DNA of 63,645 nt, filler included, from Sphacelaria rigidula (lineage: Eukaryota): the NCBI GenBank assembly GCA_964200075.2. It is 11 parts of 11 records of this genome, joined end to end, with 100 filler letters (N's around TTAATTAATTAA, not from the genome) between each part and the next. Parts side by side here need not be neighbours in the genome. Positions count along the whole stretch, not along the records: positions 23,181 to 28,875 come from CAXNAA020025188.1; positions 28,976 to 34,670 come from CAXNAA020025189.1; positions 34,771 to 40,465 come from CAXNAA020025190.1; 8 more parts are not named here. One strand, given 5' to 3'. This document shows, in pieces, positions 24,008 to 35,779 of the stretch. A program made the translations under genes and the position numbers. The notes beneath the pieces were generated by a model. The model made no database searches. It saw only the letters and a program-made list of their open reading frames with translations, and had not been told where the DNA came from. Each line of letters starts with the position of its first letter. The first letter of the stretch is position 1.

Positions 24008-25223
24008 CAGGCTGGTTGGTTCAGGGTGAACGCCGAAAAAATATTCCTCCCTAAATACAGAACGCGAAACTGACCCGATAAAAACATATTTGATATCATC
24101 AGTGACCCCCACGAGCAAGCGAACAGTGTGACGAGGCCAATTTTTTCTTGCGTCCCTTGCCGTGGCGCTAGTAGTGAAATGTTTTTCGGCCAATCAGAGG
24201 CCTTCAAATTTCCCTGGAGTTGAACGCGTAACCTCCATGAGCTAGGGAATGTAACGCGAAAAAAATTCAAAACGGTTCGTGTGGGATCGAGCTATATCCC
24301 AAAACGTGGTATTTCGGTAATGTGGAGTTTTTGCGTCGTCGGATTTCCACTGATGAAATGCATCGACGACCCAATAACAACAAGCCTCTTGCGTTTTCCC
24401 TTGTAGGTTCCGTAGATGGGCTCCGATCATCCTCAAACTTGACAGTTTGGTAGATATGGATGCTGCGAATGGGAAAAAAATATCGTCGAAGAACATTTCA
24501 AAGGACATGCGCTCTCTACCGGTTTCCGGGGGTCCCAGCATGAAGACCCGTAGAAGCCGGTACAGATTGCTTGGAAAAAAATCATGCTCAATTCGTCCCG
24601 AGGTAGTCCAAGGATCGTTTGTACAAAGTTTCGTTGCGCAACTCGAAAAGCTGATCGCAAACGGTCGAGCTCAAGCCCGCAAGGAAATATCATGATCAAG
24701 TAAAAAGGGGGATTCCGGGTTACGTTTGTGTACTTCAGCACACATATGGGCAATTGCTCGCGCCGTTTTTTCGAGTTCAGTCCTGAAATTTTGCACACCG
24801 GTGCTCTCAGATATTCAGAAAGGCTGTATGGATGGGGTCTTTCGATCTTGTTTTTTCGCCAGATATCTTGGGCCCCCCGGAATTCTCCCCGAATATCTGG
24901 CAGGAAAAAAATATCGGAATACCTCATCTATACAGCATTTCTAAATATCTCGGAGCACCCGTGTGCATAATTTCAGGGTCTAACTCGAAAAAATGGCGTA
25001 AGCAATCCCCCATATGTGTGCTGAAGTATACAAACGTACCTGGGATACCCTGTAATTATTCCAGAATATCTGGCAGGAAAAAGAAAATCGGGAGACCCCA
25101 TCCATACAGCCTTTCTAAATATCTCGGAGCACCCGTGTGCAAAATTTCAGGGTCTAACTCGAAAGAAACGGCGTGAACAATCGCTGGGGAGTAAAAACCG
25201 GTCGTTCACCCTGAACCAGCCTG
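24008..25223. mobile_element. ~1.2-kb non-autonomous DNA transposon
   Basis: TIRs caggctggtt(ggtt)cagggtgaacg / cgttcaccctgaaccagcctg. Internal inverted and direct ~150-bp blocks at 24720-25180. A homologous fragment of 24280-24580 lies at ~50380-50670. Confidence 0.7.
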
Positions 25224-27669
25224 CACAGGTCGCCAATCTCGCAGGCTAGCCGTATCCCAACATTTGGGTATCGAGCGAGGGTCCTGAGAACGATGTTTTT
25301 GTCTTTTTAGCCTTCCCTATTTCTGTGTTGTGTAGCTGCCCACTTTTGTACCGTACAACACTGATGCACGCAGAGATGACCAGGATGCAGTAGCGATCAT
25401 ATACAAATTGATTGTGCTGTTGCTGCTGCAGCCGCCGACAAAAGCGAATAACTTGTGTGAAGACATCATAGTACCGCCGAATGTAGTTTGATAGTACTAA
25501 GAGCACACTACAGTCTAACAGCAACCGTGAAGCACGCTCTCTCTGCGTGTGCTAGCGCATCCCCAAAAATACCAAGAGTACGAAAGCATCATGTCTGTAC
25601 GTACAGGAATGCAGTGATACCCCAACTTGGAGTAGTTTCCATCTGAAACAGGATTTTTTTTTTTCGTAGTCGGCGATTTTCCATGGTTTTTCCGCGTGCC
25701 GCCGCTCATCCTAGCGAGCGGTTGTTCTCAACGTTTTGGAGTCGGGAGATACTAGAGATACGCTCCACATTCCGAAACAAAATTCGTCTCTGCGCTCAAT
25801 ATTGACGACTGACGAGCTGAATTGAAAGGGGTTGTTATTGACCGTTTTTTTCCAAAACACATTTCTTTTTGGCTCTAGCACATTGAATAGGTGAAGAAAA
25901 AAAAAGGATCCGTTATATTATTCATGAGAGTGATACACGAAATTGGTTCATCCCCGCCTGTGCTATGCAGAGCTCGGTTGGGCAATTTTCGTCTTCAGGT
26001 ACTTTCCTGAAGTTTCTCGTGTAGTATCCGTCCTTGGCGCTTTACGTTGATAGATATTGGGAAGAGACGCAGGTCGTGCTCAGAACACAATCCTCGATTG
26101 GTGTTGTCGGGGTGATACTGAGTAAGTACCTTGTTTATCAGGGGGTGTTATCGACCGTCACCGGTCCAAAAAACACAGTTTTTCGGCTCTCGCGCATTAA
26201 GAAGCTGAAAAAAAGAATAAATCTTTTCATTTGTTCACGAAAACGATTCGGATTGCTCTAATCGAGCAAAAATACCTGAAGGTCGGAGCCTGGGACTAGG
26301 TTGTCTTGGGACCCCCGAAAACCGATCAGCCCGCAAGTCGTTCAACAACGAGCGCAGATGTGATCTTATTTCGGAATGCGGATGGGATGCCTAGTATCTC
26401 CCGATCCCCAAACTTTGGGATCAAACGTACACTGTGATGGCGGTGGCATGCGAAAACACTTTCGAGTATCCCCGACTACGAAAAAACTACGAAAATCTCC
26501 TATTCCAGATGTAAACTTAAAAACTGTATTGTACGGTAGTACCGACAGTACAGTACAGTATAGTTGGAACATCGTGACGTGCAGTGCGGCATCAAAACAT
26601 GGTCGCGATCGCTGGCACACGCGGCTCCGAATGATACCAGTGCTGCGAGAAAAGATTTATGTGCCTGCAGAGGCTTGTCGAGGAGATGAATGTAGTGAAG
26701 CACAAGACAGTACTGCTGTAGCACAGACGGTACGGTACAACAATACAGTACGGCACAACAGTATACCCAGAACTAGAGCAATATCAAAAACATACTCGAC
26801 GTGTGCGCCAGAGCGGCCCTTGAGATACCAAGCCTGCCGAAGCATAGACAGAGAGAGTCTGTTGTTTGGGTGTATCGGAGCAGTGGTGGTTGCAGCGACC
26901 CTGGAGCTTCTCCGCGGCGGGGTCCCTGATGAAGAGTGGAGTCCGGCGGGGTCTCTTTTGCTCGCGCGAGCAGAGCTTCAGTAGAGTCATTCTGCCCGCC
27001 CATAGGATATAGCGTCGACGCATCATCGCCACGATCCCTACTCCCCCCATGCTCGACGATCGACTCAGTGCCACCAGCGAGCGCATCGGTCGTCACGTCT
27101 ACGCGACCACCGTTGCTTCGCAGGTGGTCGGGATCATCAGACATGAACTCTAACATAATGCTGCTGTGCTCGATGAAAAACACAAGGTTGCTCTCATAGT
27201 GCCCGATGTTCGCACAAGTTCCATGATCATGATCCATTTCCTTCAGCCGGGTCTAACTGACGATCTATCGCGAGTCGTGCCTATTGTGACACATTGTGGT
27301 AATCTGCACATCAATACGCGTCTTTCACTTCACGTAGCACTGCGATCTGAGAAGTTCCCATCAAACGAAATACCAAACTGTAGTCAGCTGCGAAGTGTAG
27401 AGAGTTGAGGGTGGCATGTGCGGCGGAATTAGGGGAAAAAACGGCTGAAATCGCATTTACGATCACAGTCGGTTGTGCCGCGGTCGCAAAGTGATGGTGC
27501 TACACTAGTTGTGGTTGTACAACAAGGCATGTCGCACTGTAGGCGCGCAGTGTCTGAGATGGCACGCAGACGAGATCTCCAGCGCGCCAAGGCGTCGCGC
27601 TTGTCGAAAACGTCAAAGTCTTGGCTGAAGTTATTGTACTCTAAAAGCAAGTGAACCGGTTCTCGACAG

Positions 27670-28302
27670 AAAAATGCGATTTCACTGCTCGATTTGAAGT
27701 TGTTTTCCATGAAATTTTGACACGATATACATGAGGTATATGTGAAGCCCCTACCGTTTGCCCCTCTCTTTTATTTTCCTCGTATGTCATTGATGATCTA
27801 AATTTCGGAACAACTTTTCCTGATACAAAAGCGTCGACAAGTCATTGAAAAGAAGAAAAAATGTAAAGGGGGGACAACGGGGACTTGACAACATACCTCA
27901 TGCGCATCGTGTCGAAATTTCGTGAAAAATACTTGAAATTGGACAGCATTACCGCGTTTCATTTTTTCGTGGCTGGTAATTCTCCACATAGGAACCGGTC
28001 TTGGACATACGGAACACTCGATTTAGCAGCTTAATTTCAGGGCGTTTTCTATTAAATTTTGACACGATGTACAGGATGTATGTGTGGAGACAGCCCCGTT
28101 TGCCCATTACATTTTTATTTTTTCTCCGTGAGTTATCGGCGACCAAAATTTCTACAACAGTTTTTTCGGAACAAAATTGTGACTAGCTTTAAAAAAAAAG
28201 ATGTACGGGGCAAATGGGGGCCGCCTTCGCACATACGTCCTGAACATTATGTCAAAAATTCATAGAAAACGACCCAAAATTGAGCTGCTAAATCGCGTGT
28301 TC
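27670..28302. repeat. Two tandem ~300-bp imperfect hairpin (MITE-like) units
   Basis: aaattttgacacgat...atcgtgtcgaaattt, then a second related unit bounded by cgatttagcagct / agctgctaaatcg. Confidence 0.55.
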
Positions 28303-28339
28303 ACATCCCTGTCCGCGTCTTGGGCGGCCCAGCCTGTAG

Positions 28340-28875
28340 CTGTGTCTGGAAATGGCGATACCATAAAATGAAGCAACTTATTGTAGGCTGTTATCCAGAT
28401 GCAAGCTAATCAGTACGCTTCGGGCCGGACAATCTTAGCGGGATGCAGGTCACCCTTCATGCGACTCGCCGAATACACCACAGCACTTCGCACTTGGTGC
28501 TTGATTTCGAGCCTGGTCCGGCGAAAACCCGGCGTGCTCCGTCCCGGCTTTGTAGAGACGCACCCCCTGTGGGGTTGGCATCGGTTGGCAATGACGTTGT
28601 GAAATACGCCACTCACTGCGTCAGACAGGCACCGAGGTTGTCGATTTTTTTTTGCGCGCTTGCGTTTTTTTTGCGGTAACCATGACGGTGGTCGAGCTGG
28701 ATCATTTTGTGCGGGGTGGGAGAATCTCAATTCCGCGCAAAGGAGATGATCATACTACATACTACGCAGTGTTTGAATGGTGAGACACCCATGAGGCAGT
28801 GTGTAACCCGTGGCTGTCTCTGGAAGTGGCGATACCAGAAAATGAAGCAACACATTGGAGGCTGTCATCCAACTG
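28340..28875 (+). repeat. Satellite-like dispersed/tandem repeat family (~0.47-0.58-kb unit)
   Basis: tggcgatacca.aaaatgaagcaac recurs about 474 bp apart. The same family occurs at ~186-240, 17190-17285 (-), 22965-23080, 32935-33240, 52156-53420 and 56030-56090. Confidence 0.85.
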
Positions 28876-30247
28876 NNNNNNNNNNNNNNNNNNNNNNNNN
28901 NNNNNNNNNNNNNNNNNNNTTAATTAATTAANNNNNNNNNNNNNNNNNNNNNNNNNNNNNNNNNNNNNNNNNNNNCGAAATGCGAGCCCGCTCCAGCAAC
29001 AAACAACTAAGGCAAAAAACACATAGGTCCCCCCCCCCCCCCCCCCCCCGGAAAAGTCGAGATTCGCCCTACGAGTGGCCATTGAGCGATACTGCTTGGG
29101 GCTACAGTAATGTTTCCCCCCCCATTTTGAAACCGGACAACTGATAGTACAGTAAGCAGGTCTACAGTGTACACGTTCAGACAAGAGGCACAAGACAGAG
29201 TGGAGTAACAGCACGTACAGTCCGCAATTCCCGGTGTTACCGAACAAAGCATGAAGCAGCACTTGAAAAGCTCGGCTGCGACAGATTGTGCTGTGCAGTA
29301 GCAGAGGGTCGTATGACAACCGTCGGGTGCGTGCGATAGTTGGAGAACTCCTTCCCGGCTTGAGGGGCGCGGGGAGGCTACGGCGCACCGAAAGCAAATC
29401 AACAGATTTGGGAAAGGGGTGATGTAGCCATACTATGCGCCGTGGGCAGATCGTATTGCCCGTATTTTCCTCCTTGACTTCAGGCTCGCTTGTTGCTCCT
29501 CAAGAGGCGTACGGAGAAACATGCACACTTGAACCGAATGCGAAAAATACCACATGGAGCCATCTAACGCTTGGCTAGTACAATATTGCCAATTAAGTTC
29601 CTAGTATCGTACAATCGGTCGCGCGCGTGTGTGTGTGTTTTTTCACTTTCTGATTTTCCATGATAACTACGTACATATATATATACCGAGGACACCTAGA
29701 CACTATGAAATCGCCCCTCACTAAGAATATATTTTTGATTGGGGAGAGAGAGTACACGCATGAAAATATAATCGTGAAGAACCCCCGCGGAAAAGGTTGA
29801 TTGCTCAGTAGCCAAGAGGACATTTTGAACAAGACAAGCTTTGACGCCATAGTTTGCACACGTCGGACAGCTCATGGGCTATGGAAAATAACCAATCGAA
29901 GACTCCCAGATCCGTGGTCCAAGAGCACAAAAAATGTGACAGCGGAGTCCGAGAAGGCAAAGCGCTACCTTTGCCATGCTCTGCGTGCTCGGCGTCCAGA
30001 GCTGCAGGGAGCATATAGGGGAACAGGGGCCAAATGAGCTGGCTCATGATCTGGTGATATTTGGATAGCTCATAAGCTGTCGGACGTGTGCATAGTTCCA
30101 TCACTAAGGTAACAACTGTGCATAGTGGCAAAGTACTACCTCGTCACCTCGATGCTAGGAGCTCTGGACCTGAGCAAAATATATCCCTGCTCTGTGTTGC
30201 TGCGGGGAATGAATGCCGATTGTCGGGTGCGGAGGGAAGGGGAAAAC

Positions 30248-30248
<1 letters not shown>

Positions 30249-30286
<38 letters not shown>
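30249..30286. repeat. (AC)n microsatellite
   Basis: Direct reading. Confidence 0.95.
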
Positions 30287-30288
<2 letters not shown>

Positions 30289-31146
30289 GCACACTATCCT
30301 GACTTGCTCGGTATTCCGACGTGTTTCGCTTCTCTGCCTGTAGCCCTGTTTGGCCTCTTACGGCCCGCGTACCACGAAATCGACGATCATCTCTTATTTT
30401 AGCTGCTGGTGCAATCGAAAAAAGCTCTCAGCCGACCGACCCTCCAAGTGGTATTTTGAGAGCGCAATACAACTGCGGTACGCCATCAGTAGTGACAACA
30501 ACACGGGGCAACAGACTACTGTACTGCACCATTTTGTTGGAGGTATCGCAGCGCTTGTTGCGTGCGATGATGAGAGTTTACTGTCTGGGCAGTAAGCTTG
30601 CACACTGTGTTTAGCTCGACAGGGCAGCGTCGACCTTTATGGATCAGTCGGAGTCTCAAGGGATAAAATGTGCCCCGCGTTTCCGTCGTACTCTAAAATT
30701 TCCAACGCAACTGCCCAACAGAAAGTTAAAAAAATAGTCCAGAATCGCCGTTGTCTCGCTGGCGGATAGAGAAAAACGTGACCTGCTGTGTAGCGGCAGA
30801 CGGATATCGTATTGATTTATTCCCGGCGTCCACGCCAAGAAACGTGAAAAAATAGCAGTGAAGCATGACCAAAGTTCAAAATTTTCTGGTCACCGACTCC
30901 CCCTCCCCCGCCCGCCCTTTTGTAAGGGACCGCAACTGAGGGGCGATAAGTGTGAAGACCTCAAGGCGGGTTCTCACTTGTACCCCTCCAGGTTATCGCA
31001 CCCGACGGCATAACCACGGGGAGGGGGAGGGGGAGGGGGTGCGGAACTCGTAAATTCTTTTGGCGGCAGTCCTGCAAGGAAGACACTCGAATGGTGTGGA
31101 ACGACCGGAGGGAGTTCAACAACGTCGGGTTCAACGTCATGGTTTC

Positions 31147-31410
31147 CAAGGGGTCGGACGAATAATGATTTGTCTGAAAATTACTTGCTTCTAGTGTAAT
31201 TGATCCGTACCGTGCGAATCAGTCCTTGGGCTTTTTTTCAGCACTGCACCCCAGCTATGCGTACCCCAGGCGCGTGGAATAGCGCGAATATTGCGTTCTG
31301 TAGAGACTTTTGTTGACCTGCGGTCAACGTTTCCATCTCTTTCCGAGCAAGCAGGCCTCAGAAAGAGTAGATTTGATTATTCGAACCGGTAGTGATTTGT
31401 CGGACCCTTG
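31147..31410 (+). mobile_element. hAT-type MITE, copy 2
   Basis: Homologous to 23196-23456 over its full length. 8-bp TSD ATGGTTTC/GTGGTTTC (7/8 match). Confidence 0.88.
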
Positions 31411-32934
31411 GTGGTTTCCCCACATGAGCCCCTTAGGCGCGGCACCCCGTCGGTTGGACTCTAGGTGGGCCACTGGGAACATTTGGAAGGTAACTGCTTT
31501 GGGCAGACAACATACACGAGTTGAGGGGTTGAAGGGCTGTGGAGGACTATGGAAAACACTGCATGTTGTTGTCATCGAGGTTAGCGGCCACAAGAGAGCT
31601 GTCTAGTTATAGCGTTGGGGTGTCACTGTCGGGTGGAGATCAGTCGGTGATTGATATTCATTCCGACAAAAAAAGGTCTGGCGCCTGAGAGATCACGGTT
31701 AAGGCCGGGAGTAGTCTTTGCCCCCAGTTCGTTTACAATCTAACCATGGTTGATTATACTCGAGTTGAGTGTGAACACCGCGATTCGGATCTTAAGTGGG
31801 GCTGACAGTCTCCGAGTGCTCCATGGTGCGCAGAAACACGTTTTTGTCGAAATCGAAGGCCTACCAACGTACGTTTTCCTTACGGAACGCTTCGTACTCC
31901 CCTCGTGCAAGGGTCCTCGATATGCCTTGGGTTGGGGTTGGGGTTGGGGTTGGGGTTAAAGTTAGCGCTCATTGTAAACTGTGTCCAGCATGGGTAGATT
32001 GTAGCCGGACTGGGACAAACCCACCTCCTCAGGGCGGTCCTGCCAAAGGCAAGGCCCCACTACACGGCGGTAGAAATCGGCGTCCACCATCACTCGCTGC
32101 GACAGGCAGGACCCAGTCCGCTTTACGGGTGAATCCTATCTAAAGACGGTTTACGTTTTGCTCACAGTACACCTGCCGCCTTGAAGTCAGTGTTTCGACT
32201 GGCCATTAATATTTTACTTTGATGTCGATTTAAACGCCTCCGCTACTGTCTTCCCCTTGCCCAAAAACTAAAAATCACTTGCCAACTTAACATTCCCTTC
32301 CGATCCTCAAACATATTTTCGTGACTGATGACGAATATCGCGAGCATCACGAGTTTTCGGGCTGGACGCTGCGTATTTGACCCGCGTTTCTCCGGGACAA
32401 AGTACAGCCCGCAGCGGGTGTGACCGACGGTGAAAATGATTGACATGTATTTACATATGTCAGGAGTACAATAAGTAAGTGCTACTCGCATGTGAAAAGA
32501 TGATGCGCTGTGCTTCGTACAGCGTGAGTTATCTGCGATCGCGTCTCGAACGGCAGAGTGGAGAATGACTTTCAGGCTTGTACAAATACAGATATCTAGT
32601 GTTGGTGCCTTGGAAGAGACATCGATGGCTAACCTGGACGCCGCAGTGGGTGGAATTCAGCACGAATTCTTCGAGCACGTACCTTTAGGAATCTTGTACT
32701 CCTACGTGCCCATATTTTGGTGATAGATCGAGTTCGCTGACTCCGTCTTGTTTCCTTAGGGGATGGTAAGCAACGTGATCTTATCGCGGGCAAAGCACTG
32801 AAGTGGGGCCGTCAATGAAAATACATGAACGAACGTGACTATGGTGCGTGGAGCGTTGTTTCGATGACGTCGCGCTTCGTTCGGCTAATAATTTTCCGGG
32901 AACTCCTCCCCTCCCCTCCTTCGAAATTATGTGA

Positions 32935-33240
32935 TGTGAGACACCCATGAGGCAGTGTATCCTGCGGCCGTCTCTGGAAGTGGCGATACCAGAAACTGAA
33001 GCAACTCATTGGAGGCAGGCTGCAATCCAAAAGCAAAATAATCAGCACCCTTCGGGCCGGAAAAGCTTAGCAGGATGCAGCTCACCCCTCATGCGACTCG
33101 CCGAACACATCACGGCGCTTCGCGCTTGGTGATCGCGAGCCTGGTCCGGCGAGAACCCGGCGATCTCCATCGCGGCTTGGGAGGGATGCGAGGTCAACGG
33201 TCTTCGGACTACGGCATGAAATATTATGAGTACACCCTCT
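32935..33240 (+). repeat. Satellite-like family, partial unit
   Basis: gagacacccatgaggcagtgt...ggaagtggcgataccagaaa...gagcctggtccggcgagaacccggcg matches 28780-28875 and 28400-28540. Confidence 0.85.
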
Positions 33241-33697
33241 GAAACTAGGATATAAGCTGGTCAAAATGACAAAATCTACCGCGCGACGTCATCCATGTTG
33301 AAATATTCCTCAGCTCCAAAGGAGAACGGTTGACGTGAGACATCAAGCTAGGAATATTGGTCAAAGGAAAAACTGCGCGCCACTGTGATCTTTCCCTCGT
33401 TCGATGACGGAATTGTGGCGTGTCCGGCTTCATAATTCTCCGCATCGCTATTGAGTGCCTTGAAGCGCCCAGACATGTGCCCGCTTGTCGATCGGATGTA
33501 ATGTTCACTCGAAGGTGACCGTCAGAAATATTTGTTCTGTTCCTGGAGACAGCATGGTTGATTCATCGATTCGGCGTCAGCTCGCACTGGTCAGAAAAAT
33601 TGTCAAATTAGACCGTGTGTGTGCGCGTGGTCTCGGACCTTCCTATCGTTGAGGCTGGCCGGTTCAATTCCCGAACGCACACTTCTTTTTACGATTT

Positions 33698-33958
33698 CAC
33701 GGTTCGGACGAATTATCGTCGGTTCGAATCACCAAATCCACGATTTTTCAGGCCTGATTGCTAAAAAAATAGAAGAAAAAAGTTGGCCGCTGGTCAAAGA
33801 GGTCTCGACGCAATTTTTGCGCCATTCCACGTTCCCCGGCTGCGCGTACCTGGGTTTCAACGCTGAAAGCAAAGTCTAAGGATTGATTCGTGCGCTACGA
33901 ATCAACTACACTAAATTCAATTAATTTCCATACGAACCATTAATTCGTCCGACCCTTG
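33698..33958 (-). mobile_element. hAT-type MITE (261 bp), copy 3, inverted orientation
   Basis: Reverse complement of copies 1 and 2, with a perfect 8-bp TSD TACGATTT. Confidence 0.9.
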
Positions 33959-35779
33959 TACGATTTAGAAAAATCGTCAATTTTATCCAACTCGGTTGGC
34001 GTCAACAGTGCCGGGGCCCGCTCACTGAGAAACGTACTCCTAAGAAATCGAGCCTCAGGTTTAAAAAAAAATCAGAAATTGCCTTGAGAAGTTGAGATGA
34101 AAAGTTGGGACACAAAAAGAAATGGAGCCGCAGGAAATCGATGAATATCGTGCATCGAAAGGTCGTATAGACGGCGGATAACTGGCGTAAGAAACACGAA
34201 AAAAATGCGGTGTTGGGAATAAAAAATAAACGAAAAAAGAAATGCAATACTCTTGGCCGGACAAGATAAATGGTAACATGAGAAGTTATGATCGAATCAG
34301 CTGCCAAAGTAAGGTTTTTGATCCCTCGCTCAAAATACAGTAGTGGGCGGTCTAACTACTCGTTTTGTGGCATTTTGTGATTTTTTCGTAATCGGCGATT
34401 TTCTTGGGCTCTTTTCGCTTACCACCGCTCATCACATTGCAGATCGGCACAGCACCCATACATGGGTATAATTTTGTAGTAAATTAAATTATTTGCGCGA
34501 AGCGCGATCATGTCCGAGCGTTCAAGATCGGCACCCTGCACAGACTGAGGGCCCGTTTAAATCAGCCGAAGAACTAAACATGAAACATGTCTTGTTTCAC
34601 TGTACTGCAGCACAAACACACTCACGTCCGCTTTCATATGCTGCAGCTATCACTGTTCTGTGGTGTGTTTNNNNNNNNNNNNNNNNNNNNNNNNNNNNNN
34701 NNNNNNNNNNNNNNTTAATTAATTAANNNNNNNNNNNNNNNNNNNNNNNNNNNNNNNNNNNNNNNNNNNNCCCCCTATCGTAGGATGACTCCACCGTGCT
34801 TGGCCCCAACAGTTCCAACATCGCTGCCGGGGCACACATCGTCAAGGAGATAGATACCGCCAACCCGCGGTGTTTTTTACTCCACGACATGGCCCACGGT
34901 GTCATTATCAAGGCTCCTCATGATTGTCGCATGCTTGCGAGCGCCACGGCGTCCGCCGAGGGCAGCTCTGCGGAGTATTGCGCTACAGTCCGAAATATTT
35001 GGCGTTCGCCAAACGTGAAGGCTTGGCGAAAACATCTCGCCTCTTCATTTTGGGAGAACGTTCAAAAAAAGGTGCGGAAACAGCCCTACCCTGGCCCTAC
35101 ATACGAGCATCGATCCGCATTGGGCACACTCTGGATGATGTCATTTTCCGCGGTACCTATCTTGGTATCGCCTGTAGAGGTAATCACTTCAAGAGGCACG
35201 GTCGTGCAAGCACCGCCAGTGGCACGTGTTCTGGCCACCAAAAGTCGCCCAAACTGGCCCTTTTTGTCGGGTGTTGATCCCTAACCACAAAAGCCTCTTC
35301 AAGATCGTGGAAAGCATGACAAAATATATATGACGACATATATTTTCGACTTGCGTCACCCCCGGGAGGCCCGTACCAACCTCCCGGAGGGGAACCTTAT
35401 TTGTGTATATATATATATATATATGCCCCATCGGTAACACTCTCAAATAGGAAACTTGTTTCCCCTTCTTTTCTGTTTTTCCCGAAAAAGTTCAACTTTC
35501 TTCGAAAGTTTTCTAAAACGTTCGGACGCTACCTTCGCGGAGGAATCTAGAGTCGTATTTCGATCCATCTAAAGTCGTATTTTATTCTATTTCCTGAATT
35601 GGCTGAAAAATCGGTGTCTGCACTTTTCGGATATCCCATATCCCCATATATATCGGGAGAAACACTACCGCAAACAACAGGACTCGGCAGCTACTGTTGT
35701 TGAGTCCCGCGACTCCCTTACCATATTTGAAACTTACGCGACACATGTGTGCTTCCGCGCATGCAGCAAAAGAAAGCGT

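Noticed and set aside
26376..27710. ORFs of 93-202 aa on both strands
   Set aside because: No motif recognised, frames are broken by stops, and they are embedded among MITE-like repeats.
31147..33958. A 2.8-kb transposon with ~260-bp TIRs
   Set aside because: Each 'arm' has its own short TIRs and its own different 8-bp TSD, so these are two independent MITE insertions in opposite orientation.
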